Source of the DNA: Aplysia californica
Taxonomy: Eukaryota
Direction: 5' to 3'
Assembly (NCBI RefSeq): GCF_000002075.1
Contig: NW_004797788.1
Coordinates: forward strand, 118,718-182,717
Length of the DNA stretch: 64,000 bases
Shown: in pieces, positions 1-14,211 of the stretch
Position numbering within the stretch: position 1 is the first letter of the stretch
Layout of the letters: the number at the start of each line of letters is the position of its first letter
Program-made: the position numbers and the translations under genes
Notes under the pieces: generated by a model
Told to the model about the DNA's origin: nothing
What the model saw: only the letters and a program-made list of their open reading frames with translations
Databases searched by the model: none

Positions 1-1288
1 CCCATTCCGTCTGAGTTCAACAACCTACAGGACAGGCTTGCATTTGTTTCTGTAATGTGTCTTTGCATTTATGTTTGCTGTGGCATCGTGGAAGCATTTG
101 GCATTGTTTGTTCGGGCTAGCTAGCATCATCATTGTCATCTTGTTTGTGCTGGTTGGCCGGTTGATGTAACAGTGTTAACTGCGTTATTCATTAACTGCA
201 TGTCAAACCTGGTATCTAAATGTCCCTTATTGTTTCTGTTGGCTCTCAACTCTGGGGAATGCTTTCCGTCTACTTGTTGTGGTGCGTAGTGATTTTTTTT
301 TTTTTTTGTCAACTGTATCTCACATTGTACAGAAATGTGGCGTGCGCTCGTGTGTGTGTGTGCGTGTGCGTGCTTTGGGCATATATGGCAAGGGGCTGAT
401 ATTTGATTTCCGGCATGAGGCTTGCTCATCTTGCAGCTTGTTTTTTCCATGCCTCCCTGATGCTCTTCCTTGCACTCCTTCAGTGCTTTGAAATCTGTAT
501 CTGGAGAATGTTAAAACAAATATGTTTAATAAGAGTTGCAATGTGATGCTCCGAATAAGTCCTTTGAAAATGTCCATCTCTTTTTGTTGATTTGATTTTT
601 TTTTTCAAAGCCAGAAAACGTTTTTTCGTTATATCGGTGAAGCTAATCCTCAAACCTACCATTATAGTAATTTTGTTGATTTTTTGTTCGCTTGGTCCGT
701 TTTTAAAAAATATATCTTTTTTCCCCCTGGGCAGCCAGTTTGTTTAATAGCTTTTTGTCACAAGGGCATGAGTGTAGGTAGCATTTGGAATGAAGTATTT
801 GTCATGAAGTTTGTTGTATCCCTTTCATTTGCATTTCTGTTGTATTCAGTCATATGTTGTTTCTAATGATTTCCGTTTCTGGTTTCTTTCAGGCTTTCTT
901 AATGACTACCTCAGAACACCTAATCTGTTGTTTTGCAGCCTTCCTCATCACTTTTTTTTTTCCGCAGGGTGTTTAGCTATAGGTTGACACCAACAGCTTG
1001 TCATTGGTTTTGCAGTGACCCTCTTTTTTGATAACACTGGTATGATGTGGTCGCGTTGGGCAATTTCGTTGATTCAACAGCAAGTTTTATTGCTGTGAGT
1101 CTCTCTTTGCCCCTCTCCTGCTGGGGAGAATGGAAGAGAGGAATCTGTACGCAATCCGAGTAGACTGATATCCTCCATAGATAGCAGCAGGAGAAGAAGG
1201 GAGAAGACTTTATCTACCAGCTCAGCCTGTATTCTCAATCCATTCTTTTTGCTTCTTGTTCTCAATCTTTCCCCACTTCCAACAACAG

Positions 1289-1443
1289 GGCTTTGTGCCG
1301 CTCTTCTTGAGTTGGGAGAGCTTTTACACCAGAAACTTATATAGACGTGCGCGTGACTGCTGGAACAGACCTATCTCCAGTTGCGCTGGCGGGCGCATTG
1401 ATGTCATGGAGAGAATCTCTCCTGATTACGGATGGAATTTTCA
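1289..1443 (+). CDS. SPTLC2: Serine palmitoyltransferase 2, first exon seen (earlier exons lie upstream of window)
   Basis: Encodes GFVPLFLSWESFYTRNLYRRARDCWNRPISSCAGGRIDVMERISPDYGWNF, the SPTLC2 FYTRNLY..RD.WNRP motif; boundaries cag|GG and CA|gtatgt. Confidence 0.93.
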
Positions 1444-4400
1444 GTATGTATGGCTGTGTTGCTGCGCTTTTCTCCCCAAGGTTTTCTTGACAGAGTGCCT
1501 CACCACTAGTTACTTTTCATTATGTTTTTCTGTACTTTGCTCAGCAGAGCGTGCTTTGTCAACCTCGCAAAATCAACTGGCAAAGTTTGTAAACGTTTTT
1601 CTCATTCACTTGCCAAAACTTTGTCAGAGTTAGGGCCTCTGAATGAGTTTTATCTCAGTTTTCAAGTTATGGGAGGAATGTTGTCAGAGGTGGAGTAATT
1701 TTTCACATTTGAACACCTCTGACCTTTGTTATTCATGGTTGACAGTTTTGGAATAGGAATTTAAATGCATGATAAATTCAAAAAATTGTTCCTAAAAAGT
1801 GTGTGTAGTGGGATTGAGAGTGAAATTATTCAAGTCCCAATGTTGTCAGCAGCAACATGGAGAAAGTTTCAGAAAATATCTAGCGAAACAGCCGATGTTT
1901 CTTTGTCTTGACAGGCCACCGATAAGTAATTTGTGAATGTTTTTACTTTTACTTCCATTACTAATTTTTTTTAATGCACGTTGTTTGGTGTGTTTTTGTT
2001 ATTAAATGCAACAAAATTTTGTTGATTGCTGAGCCCCCTTCCCCGGGTCAGTCTTTTTTAAAGTAATAATTTGGAGTTCACATTTCAGTTCAGTTTTTGA
2101 TTTAGTGTTTCACTCACAGACAGGAACCAATCACCACCCAACTTCTTTGCAAAACGTGCAGTGGAAAGCTTTCTTATGCTTCAGCGCTTTTTCCTTACTT
2201 TTATTCAGAAAGTAGATGGATGTGGGAGTGCATACTAATAGCACTATTAATGTTTATTGACTTGTTTCTTTAATTCTAGTTTTCAAACACGATTTTGTTA
2301 TATGGCAGTTATGGTTCTATACCTTCTTTGGCAAGTTATGAAACTAGAACAAACCAGAAAGCCAACTCCAAATGGCATTGATGGATCATTATAAGTAGAA
2401 AGGGTTCCTGCAAAAATGGAGTGTAATGTATTTTTAAATCTGAAATGATTTTCTACATTTGTTCTGGATTCCAAATTTTTCCATATCATGGAGATACTAA
2501 CCAGCACTGGCTTCAGCTAAGTTATACACATTGATATTGGGTTTTGAATTTGTGGTTTTAGGTCTGTTTATGTTTAGGGGGGGAGGGGGGGTGTTTTAAT
2601 TTTAATCTTTCTCACGTATTGGGGCTTTTTTTCCTTTTGTATGGTTTTATAAGCACATTTAGGGGACAATGGCATCTACTCATTTTGCTTTCATTCAGTT
2701 TACTTGCAGATTTTATTTATGAACAGCTCAGTATTCAACCACACTGGTTATTATCTCTCTCTCCTGTTCTGTAGCACCGAAGCCCATTGTTCATGAGTCT
2801 AGTATTTAAAAAATCCTTTATATATAGAAGAGAATACCCACACAGGTTTCATTTTGAAATTCTATATTGAACATTCATAAAGTTGTTTCTGTTGCAGTTT
2901 TTTTTTAAACATCTCACGGCCACTGAGGTTTTTTTTTAGGCGTCCGGATTTGAAATCATACTAATGGAAGGGGTTTTTTTTTCTCAAAGAATTATTTCAA
3001 TTTGGTTTTGGTGTGAATTTCCACTCAACTAAATCATGTTTAATTTTAAATCTAATTTTTGTTCATATGAATTTTTGAATGTCTCGGCATAGAGGTTTTA
3101 AACTCATTTGCTTGCTAATAATGCTAAAGCATCGCAAAGCCTTCTGGCATACTAACATTTTTTTTGCCTTGAATTGACTTTTATTCTGTGTATTCAGTTG
3201 AGAGGTTGTCACTTACTTGGATTTCAAATGTTTTAAGCATTTTCTTATTTTGGGTTATTTTTCACCACAAAATAGGAATGGATGTTTGCTCACTAGACTT
3301 TTCAAGTTGTTTTTGTACATGTACTGTTTGTGAGTCCCATTGAAGTGTTCCCTCGTGTGTAAATTACATCTTCTGAACTGTTCCTTTATCTGTCTTTGCG
3401 CTGTATCCCCCATGCCTTCTTGAAATAATCTTCCCTGTAATCACACCTTTTAGTTTTCGACCCAGGTGTTACCTGTTCGGTTACCTTGATATTTCTTTCC
3501 CCTTTGCATCTTTAGCCATTCCCTATCCTTTCAGTTGGCTTGCTTTTGAAAGGAGAAATCGCTATTTTTTGATAGCTCTAGGAGCAGGTTTAGTTTTGAA
3601 AGCTGCTATGTGATCACTCAGATTAGATGCTAGAGGAATAAGGGCAGGAATAATTTAACGTTGGGAAATTGCTACCTCTTTTTGTTCCTTCAAGAAATAG
3701 GTAGACAGGAACTGTGTGCCATCAGTGCCTTACAGAACAAGATAAGCACTGTTAACGAGGTGCAAGTCTCTGTTCAAATCTGTGTCTCAAAAGGGATGGA
3801 TTACCCAGAGACTGGTTGTTTTTTTAAAGATTGATATAGATTGAAGTGATTAAAGGGCCCAGTATCTTGAATATGGTTCTCAGCATGGCAGAAAGCCCTT
3901 CTGACTGTAGAGGAACCACTAAGTCAAGCACAAAAACATAATTTGTTCTAAGGTACTTCAGGTCCAATAAGTCATTTAAGCTGTTTTATTCCCACTTTAC
4001 TTAATGACTCGGACAATGATGTTTTACATATTTGCACTGTCTATGGTGAGTAGTACTGTACACTGTGCGGTCTATTGTGAGCTGCTCAAAGCCAATTGAA
4101 TAGATCCCTTTTTCTGCTCTAGACAGTATAAATGTCCTCATGCTCTGCCTTGTTTTGCTACCCATCAATTTGAGAACGTCTTAGTTAAGTGTTTTTAGTA
4201 GGTGTTTCTGTTTGTGTTATCACCTCCCCCCTTATTTCGTCACATTTTGTTGTGCAGTGATTCCCACCAGAATTTGAACCTGGATATTTTCTAGCTTCAG
4301 ATATTGTAAAAGGGTTGTTGCATCATATTATAGCTAGCCACGCGTCTGTCATCTTACAAAATGCCATATCAAAAGCAAATGGGGGTTGGGAGGGTGTCTT

Positions 4401-4448
4401 TTAAGTCACAGGCCAATGTAATGTGCTCCCCTTGCATTTTCATGGTTT

Positions 4449-4609
4449 TCTGGTGTGGTTTGCTTCTTCTTTCCCATCAAACACCTATCGTCCTTATCTC
4501 TCTTCCTTCTTTTTTTGTGTTTGTTACTCTCTTGTAACACCTCTAATCTTCGGCACTTATATGACCTTATTGTGTTGCACTTGCAGTGAAACTCTTACTA
4601 AAAAAAGTA
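4449..4609 (+). mobile_element. ~170-bp SINE-like retroposon (family A), slightly 5'-truncated
   Basis: Matches other copies (tggtgtggtttgcttcttctttcc...cggcacttatatgaccttattgtgttgca...aaactcttactaaaa); 11-bp TSD tttcatggttt at 4438-4448 and 4610-4620. Confidence 0.85.
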
Positions 4610-7600
4610 TTTCATGGTTTAGTGAATGGTCTTCAAACTGTTTGGTAGGAGATCTCCTTATTTTCTGTTTCTGCTTTCAACTGATACCTTTGCGTTCCTT
4701 TATCTGTATAATTCTGTATAGGAGAAATGCATGATTTGTTACAATATCTAACAATGCTATGGTTTGTTACAATATCTAACAATGCTAACCTTGTTCCCTC
4801 TGTTCTCATTTCTCCTGGCCTTTGTCTCTACTGTGTAGTGTGTGATGGGTAGATAACATTCCTGACTGTTCATGGTGATTACTTGGGCTGTACATTTGTC
4901 AGTGTTCAATTCAGGTTCTTCTTGTTCTTGGGATCACTGTTGCTGTTGTCTTAGTTTCTGCTGTACTTTTTTTTCTCAAGGCAGTAGGGAGAATTTAGAG
5001 AGGGAAAACTGATGGTGGTCCAAGAGATACTGCACAGTCCTGTTGAGTGTTTATTTAAAAATTGTAATATGATTTCTCTTGCACGGGAGTTCAAGTTAAG
5101 AAAAAGAAGTTGAGCACACTGAAGACGTAATCAGTAATCCCCTCTTCCGTAATTTGTAATGTTCAATTATATTTAAAACAACAAGAGTATGATTTCTTTC
5201 TATAGTATAGATTTTGATTCTGTCAAGCCTACATTTGGGCCAGTCATGAATCGTCCTCTTGTATCGTGTACATGAAACATTTTACAATACATAGTTCATG
5301 CACATTTTTAAATGCATATATGAAATAGCTCTCAAAACAGTATGCAGATGTTCCTGAAATATATTATGGTGTAGAAATAATCAGAATTGCACAGGGTTAA
5401 ACTTCTAGTCTGTAATGTCCTCCAAAGTGTGAGCCGTTGACAGGGAGGGTGGCTTTGATGTGGTATACTTGACCTGTTTTTCTATCAGTTTAATGGGTAT
5501 TATACAATATGACCTTATTTTGAATTCTTGAAAGTTGGGAACTCAAATCCTGTTCTGTACACTAAAGATGGGAATTTTCTTGTCAGTATGAAGAATTGGA
5601 AAGACTTCAAAGTAAACATGTGTAAGATGAGTTAGGTTTGGAGGTGAGGGAAAAATTAAATTTGGAAAAACGTTTTATCATTTATTGGATGACAGATGCA
5701 ACTTAATTTAGATACATTATCTAATCTATGCCTTCTCAAGAGCAGAGAGTGTGATAGAACAGTAGTGAAACACAGATCATGTCACTTGAAGCTTCTTTAC
5801 AATTCAATTCTCAGTTTGATGTTTGAGACAAGATTTTTGTATAATACTGTATTTGCTATAGATCTAGATCTTTTAGAATTCTTGCAATAAATGAAAAATA
5901 AAGTTTCAAATGCTAAGAAAAAAAGTAAAACGGGTGTATTTAGAAGCCTGTTTAAAACATCCAGAGTGTCTTCTCAAAACTATGAATGTAGTCTTATATT
6001 ACAATGACCTATGTTCTCTAGGTTCTCCCTTCATGTTCTGATAAGACCACACTGGGCAAGCAATGATGAGTGTGTCAACGTAATATTACATGTGCAAAGA
6101 TTTTTGCCTTACACAAAACGACACTATCTCCTGGTTTGGGGGGTGGCGGTGGGGAAGATAGGATATACTTGTAGCTCTTTTGCGTGTGTTGTCGCTTGAA
6201 TCTCATTTTCTATTTTAGTAGCACATGTGGCTGTTAACTATTCATTTGGTCTGCTCTAACTTTTGTTGTTTTTTTCCAGTGTTGTTTTAATTTACATCTG
6301 CCTGCTGTGGAAACTAGTAACAACTTAATGTCCATTTTCAGATACCATCTGGTTTTCTAAATTTGCCTTTTATGTTGTGGGGATAGTTGATGGATACTGT
6401 GATTCTTTTTGTTTTCTATTCCTCTTTTTGCTTTTATAATGATTGGTCAGGGAGAAAGAGACACCACTTTTCTACTATTTATTTTGTGTTTTTGTGTACC
6501 ATTTTCAGTTTATCTAGCATAATTTGAATGCTGTTGTCCTACTACCTATCTCTCTTCTGCCTTTGCCCTCATGAACTTATTGACAGTCTTCAGTTTAGAT
6601 ACATTCGCTTAAATACTAATTTGAAATGAGACAGACGGAACAGAAATAAGAATGTAGCTTGTGGACAGGTCTGGGTTTTTTTAAGAAAAATAATTGGAGA
6701 GAATGAGGGGTACTTGTGCTGCTTCCAGTTCCTCGGAAATTTTTTCTTCTTTCAATGCTTGTTTCCAGCTTTCTATGACAATCAATGTTCCTCTTACTTC
6801 TTTTACTTCGTGAGATAGCTCTTCTGTGTCTCAGGCTTGGTTTGATGTGACAACTCTTGTTGGAAACATCTTATTGGAACGTGAAAGTTGTATGTGTCAT
6901 TGTCTAGCCATTGCCTTTCAAAAGAAGATACTGTTCTTAGTTGTGCCTTTGGCTTCTTGTTGCTATTGTCCCAAACTTCTTTCTGGCTTATATTTTTACA
7001 TTGCTTCTGATTTCCTGGAAACATCACTTCAAGATGTAAATATAAATCCATGTTTACAAAAAGTAAATCACTTGTTTGGAAGGATGCTAGCTGTCAAAAT
7101 CTATATGACTTCATATATAATTTGGGAATCTGCACATAGTCTCACTGGGAACTAATTGTGAACCCTCTTCTTATCCTAGGGGGTATTAATTTTGCTTTGG
7201 AAAATGCCCAAGTTCAGTGACTGATACATGTGCATGAATTGCATCTGCTCTATTCCTCCTCGTCCCCTCTATTTTTTGTGCATGTATGTGTATTTATTGT
7301 TCACGTAACTTATCCAGTGACGGAAATGAAGATGTGATTCTGTTTGCTACATTTTCTGTACCCAGTGTCACCAACTATGTTCTACTTCAGCAGTGTACTT
7401 GCTGTTTATCCTGCTTTGAGCGTCTCTCACTCATTCCATGTACTTTACCAGGCAGATTTTATACCATCTTGTTGTAAAATAATACCACTTTGCTTCACAG
7501 GGGCACATTTGTCAATTTGAAATAGATTGGATCAGTAGGAGGGTGGGGTGGCAGCACCTGAAGTTTGTTTTTGTCTTTCAGGGATGAATTTTTATAGAAT

Positions 7601-9674
7601 TGTTTACTGTCAACACTTTGCCTAACGTGGAAGGATGATGCACATTTCTCTATGGTCAGACTTTCAATTGCTGTGGAAATATCACTATCTTTACTTTTTC
7701 AATAGAGAAAAAAAGTGCATATTATATAGAATAGAGGTTTCTTTCAGATTTAAAAGGACAATTATGCATTTTCTGTTATACTAGTAGGAAGCTTGGGACC
7801 ATGCCAAGAGCCAAGAGTTACAACTGATAGGTTGAATAATTTAGAGTCTAGTGGACTTGTTGAACAAAGATGTCCAAACAGATTGTTGGGTTTTGGTATA
7901 GATAAGTTAGAGTACAAAGATGTTATGATTTTCCTAAAGGGGTGGGGGGTGGGGGAGATGTTGTTGCCAAAAATATGCAGGGTGGTTAAGGTTATTACAG
8001 GATGTATTTGTCAGTTGTATGAACAAAAATGGCTTTGTGCTCCCTGAAATGTAATAGATCTTGTAAAGAAAAATGTAGCTCTTAAGTCTCTGAAACTCTC
8101 ATTTGTAGGTGCTGCCCACCCTCTCCGGAAATCTTACTCTAACCACAAAGTTGACTGTATATGCATTGTTTAGTTAGATCTTCTTTGTTGTTTACTGCTT
8201 CTAACTTGATTTTGCAAATTTTATTTTAAGTTTAGGAAAAGAGGTTCTGATAAAAAATTAAATAGCACGAATGCAAATGCGCCCCCCCCCCCCCCCCCCC
8301 CCCCTTCCATTAATTCTCTCATGCCGTATTTAACGGAAAAGCAGAGCAATTCACTCTATACCTAGCTTCCTTTGACAGGAAAAAGATGTATCATCGTAGG
8401 TCCTTACCATGCAATATGATGCCAGGAAATAGTTGTGGAAACTTGTGTAATTTCTTAAGGAGAAATAATGTGTTATTGATTTGTATTCTTTTATTTCTGT
8501 GCCACTGTGAAAGTTTAGCAAAGAGATTAACTGTTTCTTTTGGGGTCTTTTTCTGTCTTCTGTTTGGTTTTGGGTTTGTTTTTGCTCTTGTATTTAAAAA
8601 CTTTAAAGTTTCCTTTTGGTTTGATTTCTGACCTTGTTTTTGCTTTGTTTTTCATAGTCGTAACGTTATATGTTTCCAGTATCACATATCTGTTCATTAC
8701 CCAAGAGCATCCTGCATCCCCATGTTTGTATGGCTTTTTGCAAGTTTTTCTTTCTTCTTTTTCTGAATCTGTCAATTCTGAATATATGTGGGTTTGGCAC
8801 AATTACCCTATATGTGCCGATGAGTAGAGAGCTTGTATTTGTCAGGGTTTCAAAGAAAATGGGTCAGCTGTCAAGATTTGTGTTGGCTAAATAAATTTAG
8901 TGTTCAAAATTTGGGGTCCATTGTGATATTTTAAAAAACATGATGCCAAGTTATTTCATGAAGACAGGAACTGAAAAAGGTATGACATGGCCCTGTTCTT
9001 CTTGAAACATTGTCCATATTGGATACTTATTTTGACCAGCTACTCATTTTTTATCAGCTGCTTCGTGATTAACCAGTCTTTATCCACGCCCACAAATCTA
9101 TGTATTTATGTTATTTCCCCCTCATATTATGCAAAAAATGTGAGTTCCCTTCTGTCTTCATTCGTGAAGAATTTTTGTTCTTTGTCCATTGGTTTCTGGT
9201 AGTAGACAAAGTTTTCCTTTTATGTCTCTGTCTTTCCTTGTGTGCAAGTATGAAAGGGGGATTTAATAGTGAAAAACTACCATCCATGTTTTCATTGGAA
9301 TCTGTTGGAGGGTTCAGGAATCACACTGGCTTGATTTTGTTGAAATGAAAGAGTGACAACTGAGTCATGGCTGAATCCTTTTATTCCTTTTCCTTGTACA
9401 ATAGTTCATGGAGAGAGATGTAGTAAGAGAAAAATAAAGTTTGAAGGAATGTTGAACACTTTTTAACTTATTGATTCTGCAGATTTAATGGTCTATCTCA
9501 AACCTCGACCAGTTGAGCTTTCCTATGTTTGGGTAATTTCAAGATATGATCACATCTTAGATATATGGTTCAGAATTTTTCTCCTTTTTTACACAGTTTG
9601 CCTCTTGATGTAGAATTTTATGTTCTGTTACTTCCATGGACATGCGTTAATGTAGGCTGCAATGTTTTTAACAG

Positions 9675-9820
9675 ACTGACGGGGAAAAAGCTGGATGTTA
9701 TGAACTTTGGTTCGTACAACTACCTGGGTTTTGCAGAGAACACAGGCCCGTGTGCCGATAAAGTGGAAGAAACAACAAGGAAATATGGAGTGGGTGTGTG
9801 TGCCAGCCGTCAGGAGATGG
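9675..9820 (+). CDS. SPTLC2: SPTLC2 exon (NFGSYNYLGFA)
   Basis: LTGKKLDVMNFGSYNYLGFAENTGPC...YGVGVCASRQEMG; acag|A and G|gtaagt; phase 2 start matches previous exon. Confidence 0.95.
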
Positions 9821-10669
9821 GTAAGTGACAGATTTTAGGGGGAGAGCAAGTGCCAAGTCTGTTAATGTCGCTTTTAAGCACAAGGGGGCTATCCCAAAAA
9901 ATACTGTTTTTAGAAATCTCTACAACCAAACAAATATACACGCCAATGAAACCAAACTTCTCCCATAGGTAGGGCAATGCCCACTTTTGGTGTAGGTCAA
10001 GATTTCTGGAAACCCCTGAAATCTGGATTAGTCCACTTGTCCTTAAAAGTGACTAATTGTTGTGATATATGCACCTGCCACAGGACTTGCGTCCACCTGA
10101 AACAACCCATGCATGTACTTTCCTTGCCGGACACAAAAGTGTTAGATTCCCCAACATAAAGTGTCTGCTGCTCCAACTAACGTGTCTGGTTTTGTTCCTT
10201 GGAAAATGAGCCTTGTGCTGAGTTGATCTGGCTAAGTCTACGTGACCACCAAAATAAGATCACTTCCAGGCCTGGCTAATGTACGAAGTTTTTTCATGGT
10301 GTAGAGCCAACTCAAAAAGATCCGTGTCCACCGACATCAGACCGGCTAAACCTATTTTTAGTCCAGTGTGTTCTGATTACGAGAGCAACAGACAGCACTG
10401 GCAATTTATTTATTTACTTACCTCTTTAAAAAACTAAAAAGCAACAAATTATGATTATGGGAAAAATTGTTGGTAAGTTGGGAGGATGAGAAGAAGAAGA
10501 AAAAAAAAAAGCTTGGACTGGGATTCAAACCTACGGTCACGAAATTATGTTTGTCTCCAAACGCAGACATACAATGTACTGTTCACTCGGCCATCAGAAC
10601 TTTCATCAGAGAAGAGTAAATTAAGCTTCATATTTACAGCACTGTTTCAGGAAAGGCAAAATGACATAA

Positions 10670-10880
10670 TATATCGAGATGTAGATCTAGATCTAGAATC
10701 TAGGCCTAGATCTAGGTCTAGTGGACCAGCAGATAAGGTCTGGAGAAAACGAAAAATTTGCGGAAAATTGGAAGCTCTAAACATTAGAGAACGTAGATCT
10801 AGATCTAGATACGTCCCTAGCTAGGTCTTACCTGGCCTATTTTTAGCTCTCCCGAGAACGAAATAATCTAGATCTAGGTC
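10670..10880. repeat. (TCTAGA/AGATCT)n-rich patch, probably inside an undefined TE (~9870-11360)
   Basis: agatctagatctagaatctaggcctagatctaggtctag; the same motif is dense at 46200-47650; no clear TIR or TSD found. Confidence 0.5.
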
Positions 10881-11839
10881 AAGTGCTTTAATTTCATTAT
10901 TTTGCTGTTTTTCAGCACAAATCTGCTATTGTACAATATATTATAATGAGATACAACTTTATTGATCAGGTAAAGTACAATGAAGAAGCAAAAATGTACC
11001 TAAAGATGCAAATTTCCTTCTGAAATGAGTCGAATCGAGGCTTTCTTAGTCCCCTGTACGACTGACGAAAAAGCTTGCATGCAGGAAAATCGCGTAGTCA
11101 GGCAAAGGCAGTCAGTGACTGACAAGAACAAGCTCATTTGAATGTGAGCTTGGCCTGCAAGTGACGAAAAAGCGCAGTGGACGCGGGGCCTTAGACTTGT
11201 TTTATCCTTCAAACTCACTCAAAATAAACCTGTCGCCTTTTATTTCCTTTTCTTTCTTTGTTCATCATGATTTTCACATTTCACAGGGGTTATTTATTAT
11301 AAAAGGGTAACAACAATGCTATTCTTTTTTTAATTTAGGGGTTTTGTAATGCGCTTAGTTAAAAAAACAAACAAAAAAACCCCTGACAATGCACCATGGA
11401 CTCTCCAGGGCAATACTATTTCCTGCCCCTTTGTTCTACACTGGGCAGTGAGAGCACAGCTGGAAAGCTAGGAAGTACTAATATGACTATTGGCCCACTA
11501 CTCGTCATTATAAGTATTATGAGAGTTTAATTGATTTGTTTTTGTTTTTTTTAGTTGAGGAAACTCTTTGTGGAGTAAAATGTTAACACAGATGTATAGT
11601 GTGTTTGCAACCTTAGTATCAATTTTCAACTCCTGTGAGTTATTTTTTTTATAGATCCATCATTTGTTGGCTATTCTGCCACAGGAATTAAATTGATGGG
11701 TGTCAGTTGTTGGTTATATTTTGCTTGTGCCAGCACTTCTTTACAACTGTTCGTCGCAGTTCTCTTACTTATACAATAATTCAATGCCCCCTGTGCCCTT
11801 AGTACAGGTTCAGGCTAGGTTCTGTAAATGGACATCGTT

Positions 11840-11995
11840 TGGCAGATGATTTGGTTTACTTTGCTCCTTCTGTCCTATCAGACATCTGTCATTCTTATCT
11901 CTCCTTATTTCGGGGTTATTACGTCTAATCTTTGTCACTTATTTGACCTAATTGTGTTGCAAGTGCTGTAAAACTCTTACTGAAAGTAAACTAAG
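11840..11995 (+). mobile_element. Family A copy (diverged)
   Basis: cctatcagacatctgtc...cacttatttgacctaattgtgttgcaagtgctgtaaaactcttactgaaa; ends approximate. Confidence 0.8.
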
Positions 11996-12141
11996 TGAAC
12001 ATTACATTATTTATTCTCTTTTTTGTCGGATCTGATGTGGGCCAGTGGCCTTAAACACTGAATAAACTTACTCTTTACAACTACTCAAAAGTTTTTATTG
12101 CTTCGGTTGTTATTATAAAGAATCATTGTGCTGTCTGTCAG

Positions 12142-12266
12142 GTTATATGGACATTCATCGTGAGTTGGATGATCTGACTGCGGAGTACCTAGGGGTGGAA
12201 GCAGCTATCACAGTGCCCATGGGTTTTGCCACCAACTCCATGAACATGCCTTCCCTTGTCGGCAAG
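12142..12266 (+). CDS. SPTLC2: SPTLC2 exon (MGFATNSMN)
   Basis: Hand translation [42 protein letters not shown]; tcag|GT and AAG|gtgag. Confidence 0.95.
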
Positions 12267-12940
12267 GTGAGCTCTTGAGAACTCAAAATTTTCGTAGTCT
12301 CAGAGAAAATTTAAAGACTTTTTTGGGTTCGGATGCTCAACTAAAAATTCTCTTTAACTAGCTGATGCTGTATTTGTGTTGTATTTATTATAGTCTGTGG
12401 CAGTTCCCAGGCTTATTTTGTAGAGTTTTGTAAAAACTTCACCTGACCAGGGGTGCTGGTGTTAGTGAATTAGCTAGATCATCCCAAAATATTGTCCGTT
12501 TTAGATTTCTTTTTAGAAAATCCATTGATCCTGAGCTGTGATATGAATGTGAAGTTTATCATGTGAACATATTTAGAGATTTAGGACATTTGACACCCAG
12601 CATAGTGAAATAGCTGCAGATTGCTGTTACAGTTACCATCAAATTTTTGGATGGCTGTTTTTATGTTTCTTCGCCACTAATAGAACAACATGTTGGATTG
12701 CCCCTGGCAAATGAAACCAAGATTTGAGTCAGGTAGATAGTTGCTTTCCTTTTTAAAAAAATTGCTCATCTGATACTCGCATACGCACACACATTGATAT
12801 GAAATTAAGGTAAACAATTTTTTATCAGTCTTTTTGCCCTCTGCCTGAAACGTGTGGAAATATGCTTGTTTTTAGTTGTTTTTTTTTGGGGGGGGGGGGG
12901 TTGCCAATGAAAATGTTCATGCTCTTTCTTTCCTTCTCAG

Positions 12941-13034
12941 GGAAGCCTTATCCTCAGTGATGAGCTGAATCATGCGTCCCTGATCCTGGGCTCTCGTCTG
13001 ACTGGTGCTCTTATTCGCACGTTCAAGCACAATG
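12941..13034 (+). CDS. SPTLC2: SPTLC2 exon (SDELNHASL)
   Basis: [31 protein letters not shown]; polypyrimidine tract plus cag, donor G|gtgag. Confidence 0.95.
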
Positions 13035-13558
13035 GTGAGGACATAAAATATCCTTTGATGTGCTTTATGGAAAGACTTTATCTGCTTCCACGATTGTTGT
13101 TTACATTATTCCTAGTCAAGTCTCTTGCCTGAAGTAATACATAAGCAGAAAGTGGTCCTACTGAATTTTCCAGCCTCTTACTTTTTAAAATGTTGATACC
13201 CATAAAGCTCAAGTAATGGTTGACAAATTGTTTGCTTTTTCTTCCAGAGTTATCCCTTTTCTTACATCTTCTGTGGGAAAATGTGTCCAGCTTTCTCCAA
13301 TCAACACTTGCTTTCCTAGTTCACACTTTTTCAGTTCTGGTTTGCGTCATGACAGGGTCCAGTCTAGCCCTAGTGAAATTTTGCCCCGATGCGATCTGTT
13401 TGTGCAGAGTACTTTTTTCTTAGCGCTACAATCACCTAGGCTTAAGTATTTTTTATAAGTTATTCTTGCATTGGAGGGTTTTTTTTCCACTGCAATATGC
13501 CTCTGTTGTCAGTGCAAAATTATGTTTCTATGGTTCATCTTTTCTGTCCTTCTTGTAG

Positions 13559-13664
13559 ACATGAGAGACCTGGAAAAGAAACTGAGAGATGCTGTAACAG
13601 AAGGTCAGCCCAGAACACACAGACCCTGGAAGAAAATTTTGATTGTTGTGGAGGGTGTTTACAG
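13559..13664 (+). CDS. SPTLC2: SPTLC2 exon ([15 protein letters not shown])
   Basis: [36 protein letters not shown]; tag|AC and AG|gtagga. Confidence 0.95.
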
Positions 13665-13752
13665 GTAGGATATAGTTTTCGCCCCTTTGTTTTTAAGTGT
13701 GTGCAAAATGTGCTGTGCCCATTCTTTTTTCCCACCCATCTCTAGCTCTTAG

Positions 13753-13754
<2 letters not shown>

Positions 13755-13784
<30 letters not shown>
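13755..13784. repeat. (GTT)n microsatellite
   Basis: ttgttgttgtt... run. Confidence 0.9.
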
Positions 13785-13991
13785 GTTTGTGCAATGTATG
13801 ACTTCCCCCTGCCAACAATGTTTGGCCTATAACTGTGTCATTGTATGTCAGAATACTGCTCTTAGATTACTGGATGAAAAAGGTGGTCCGCAGAGCAGGG
13901 AACATTGGAACATTGACTATAACTATTGCTATGAAACTGGCTCTTCATCACTGGTTTGTGACTGTTCTTGCTCTTGACTCCTTTTTTCCAG

Positions 13992-14211
13992 TATGGAGGG
14001 TTCCATCGTGCGTCTGCCAGATGTGATCAGGCTGAAGAAAAAGTACAAGGCTTACATCTACCTGGACGAGGCTCACAGCATCGGGGCAATGGGTCCCCAT
14101 GGAAAGGGTGTGGTCGACTACTTTGGCCTTGATCCCCGTGATGTGGACATCATGATGGGAACATTCACCAAGAGTTTTGGAGCGGCCGGAGGATACATTG
14201 GTGGAACCAGG
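13992..14211 (+). CDS. SPTLC2: SPTLC2 exon with PLP-binding lysine (GTFTKSFG)
   Basis: MEGSIVRLP...YLDEAHSIGA...MMGTFTKSFGAAGGYIGG; Lys codon at 14170-14172; cag|T and AGG|gtcagt. Confidence 0.97.

Noticed and set aside
1-45. PIPSEFNNLQ as the end of the preceding SPTLC2 exon
   Set aside because: No in-phase GT or GC donor follows; it cannot be supported without upstream sequence.
892-930. GFLNDYLR after a pyrimidine tract, resembling SPTLC2 GYLRDFLR
   Set aside because: The similarity is 8 aa long, does not extend, and has no suitable donor.
4735-4788. Short tandem duplications (also 25958-26013, 29946-29982, 62001-62055) and homopolymer runs
   Set aside because: Ordinary slippage products with no sign of function.
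9870-11360. Delimited transposon in the SPTLC2 intron
   Set aside because: Composition is TE-like, but I found no convincing TIR or TSD pair; only the TCTAGA patch is reported.
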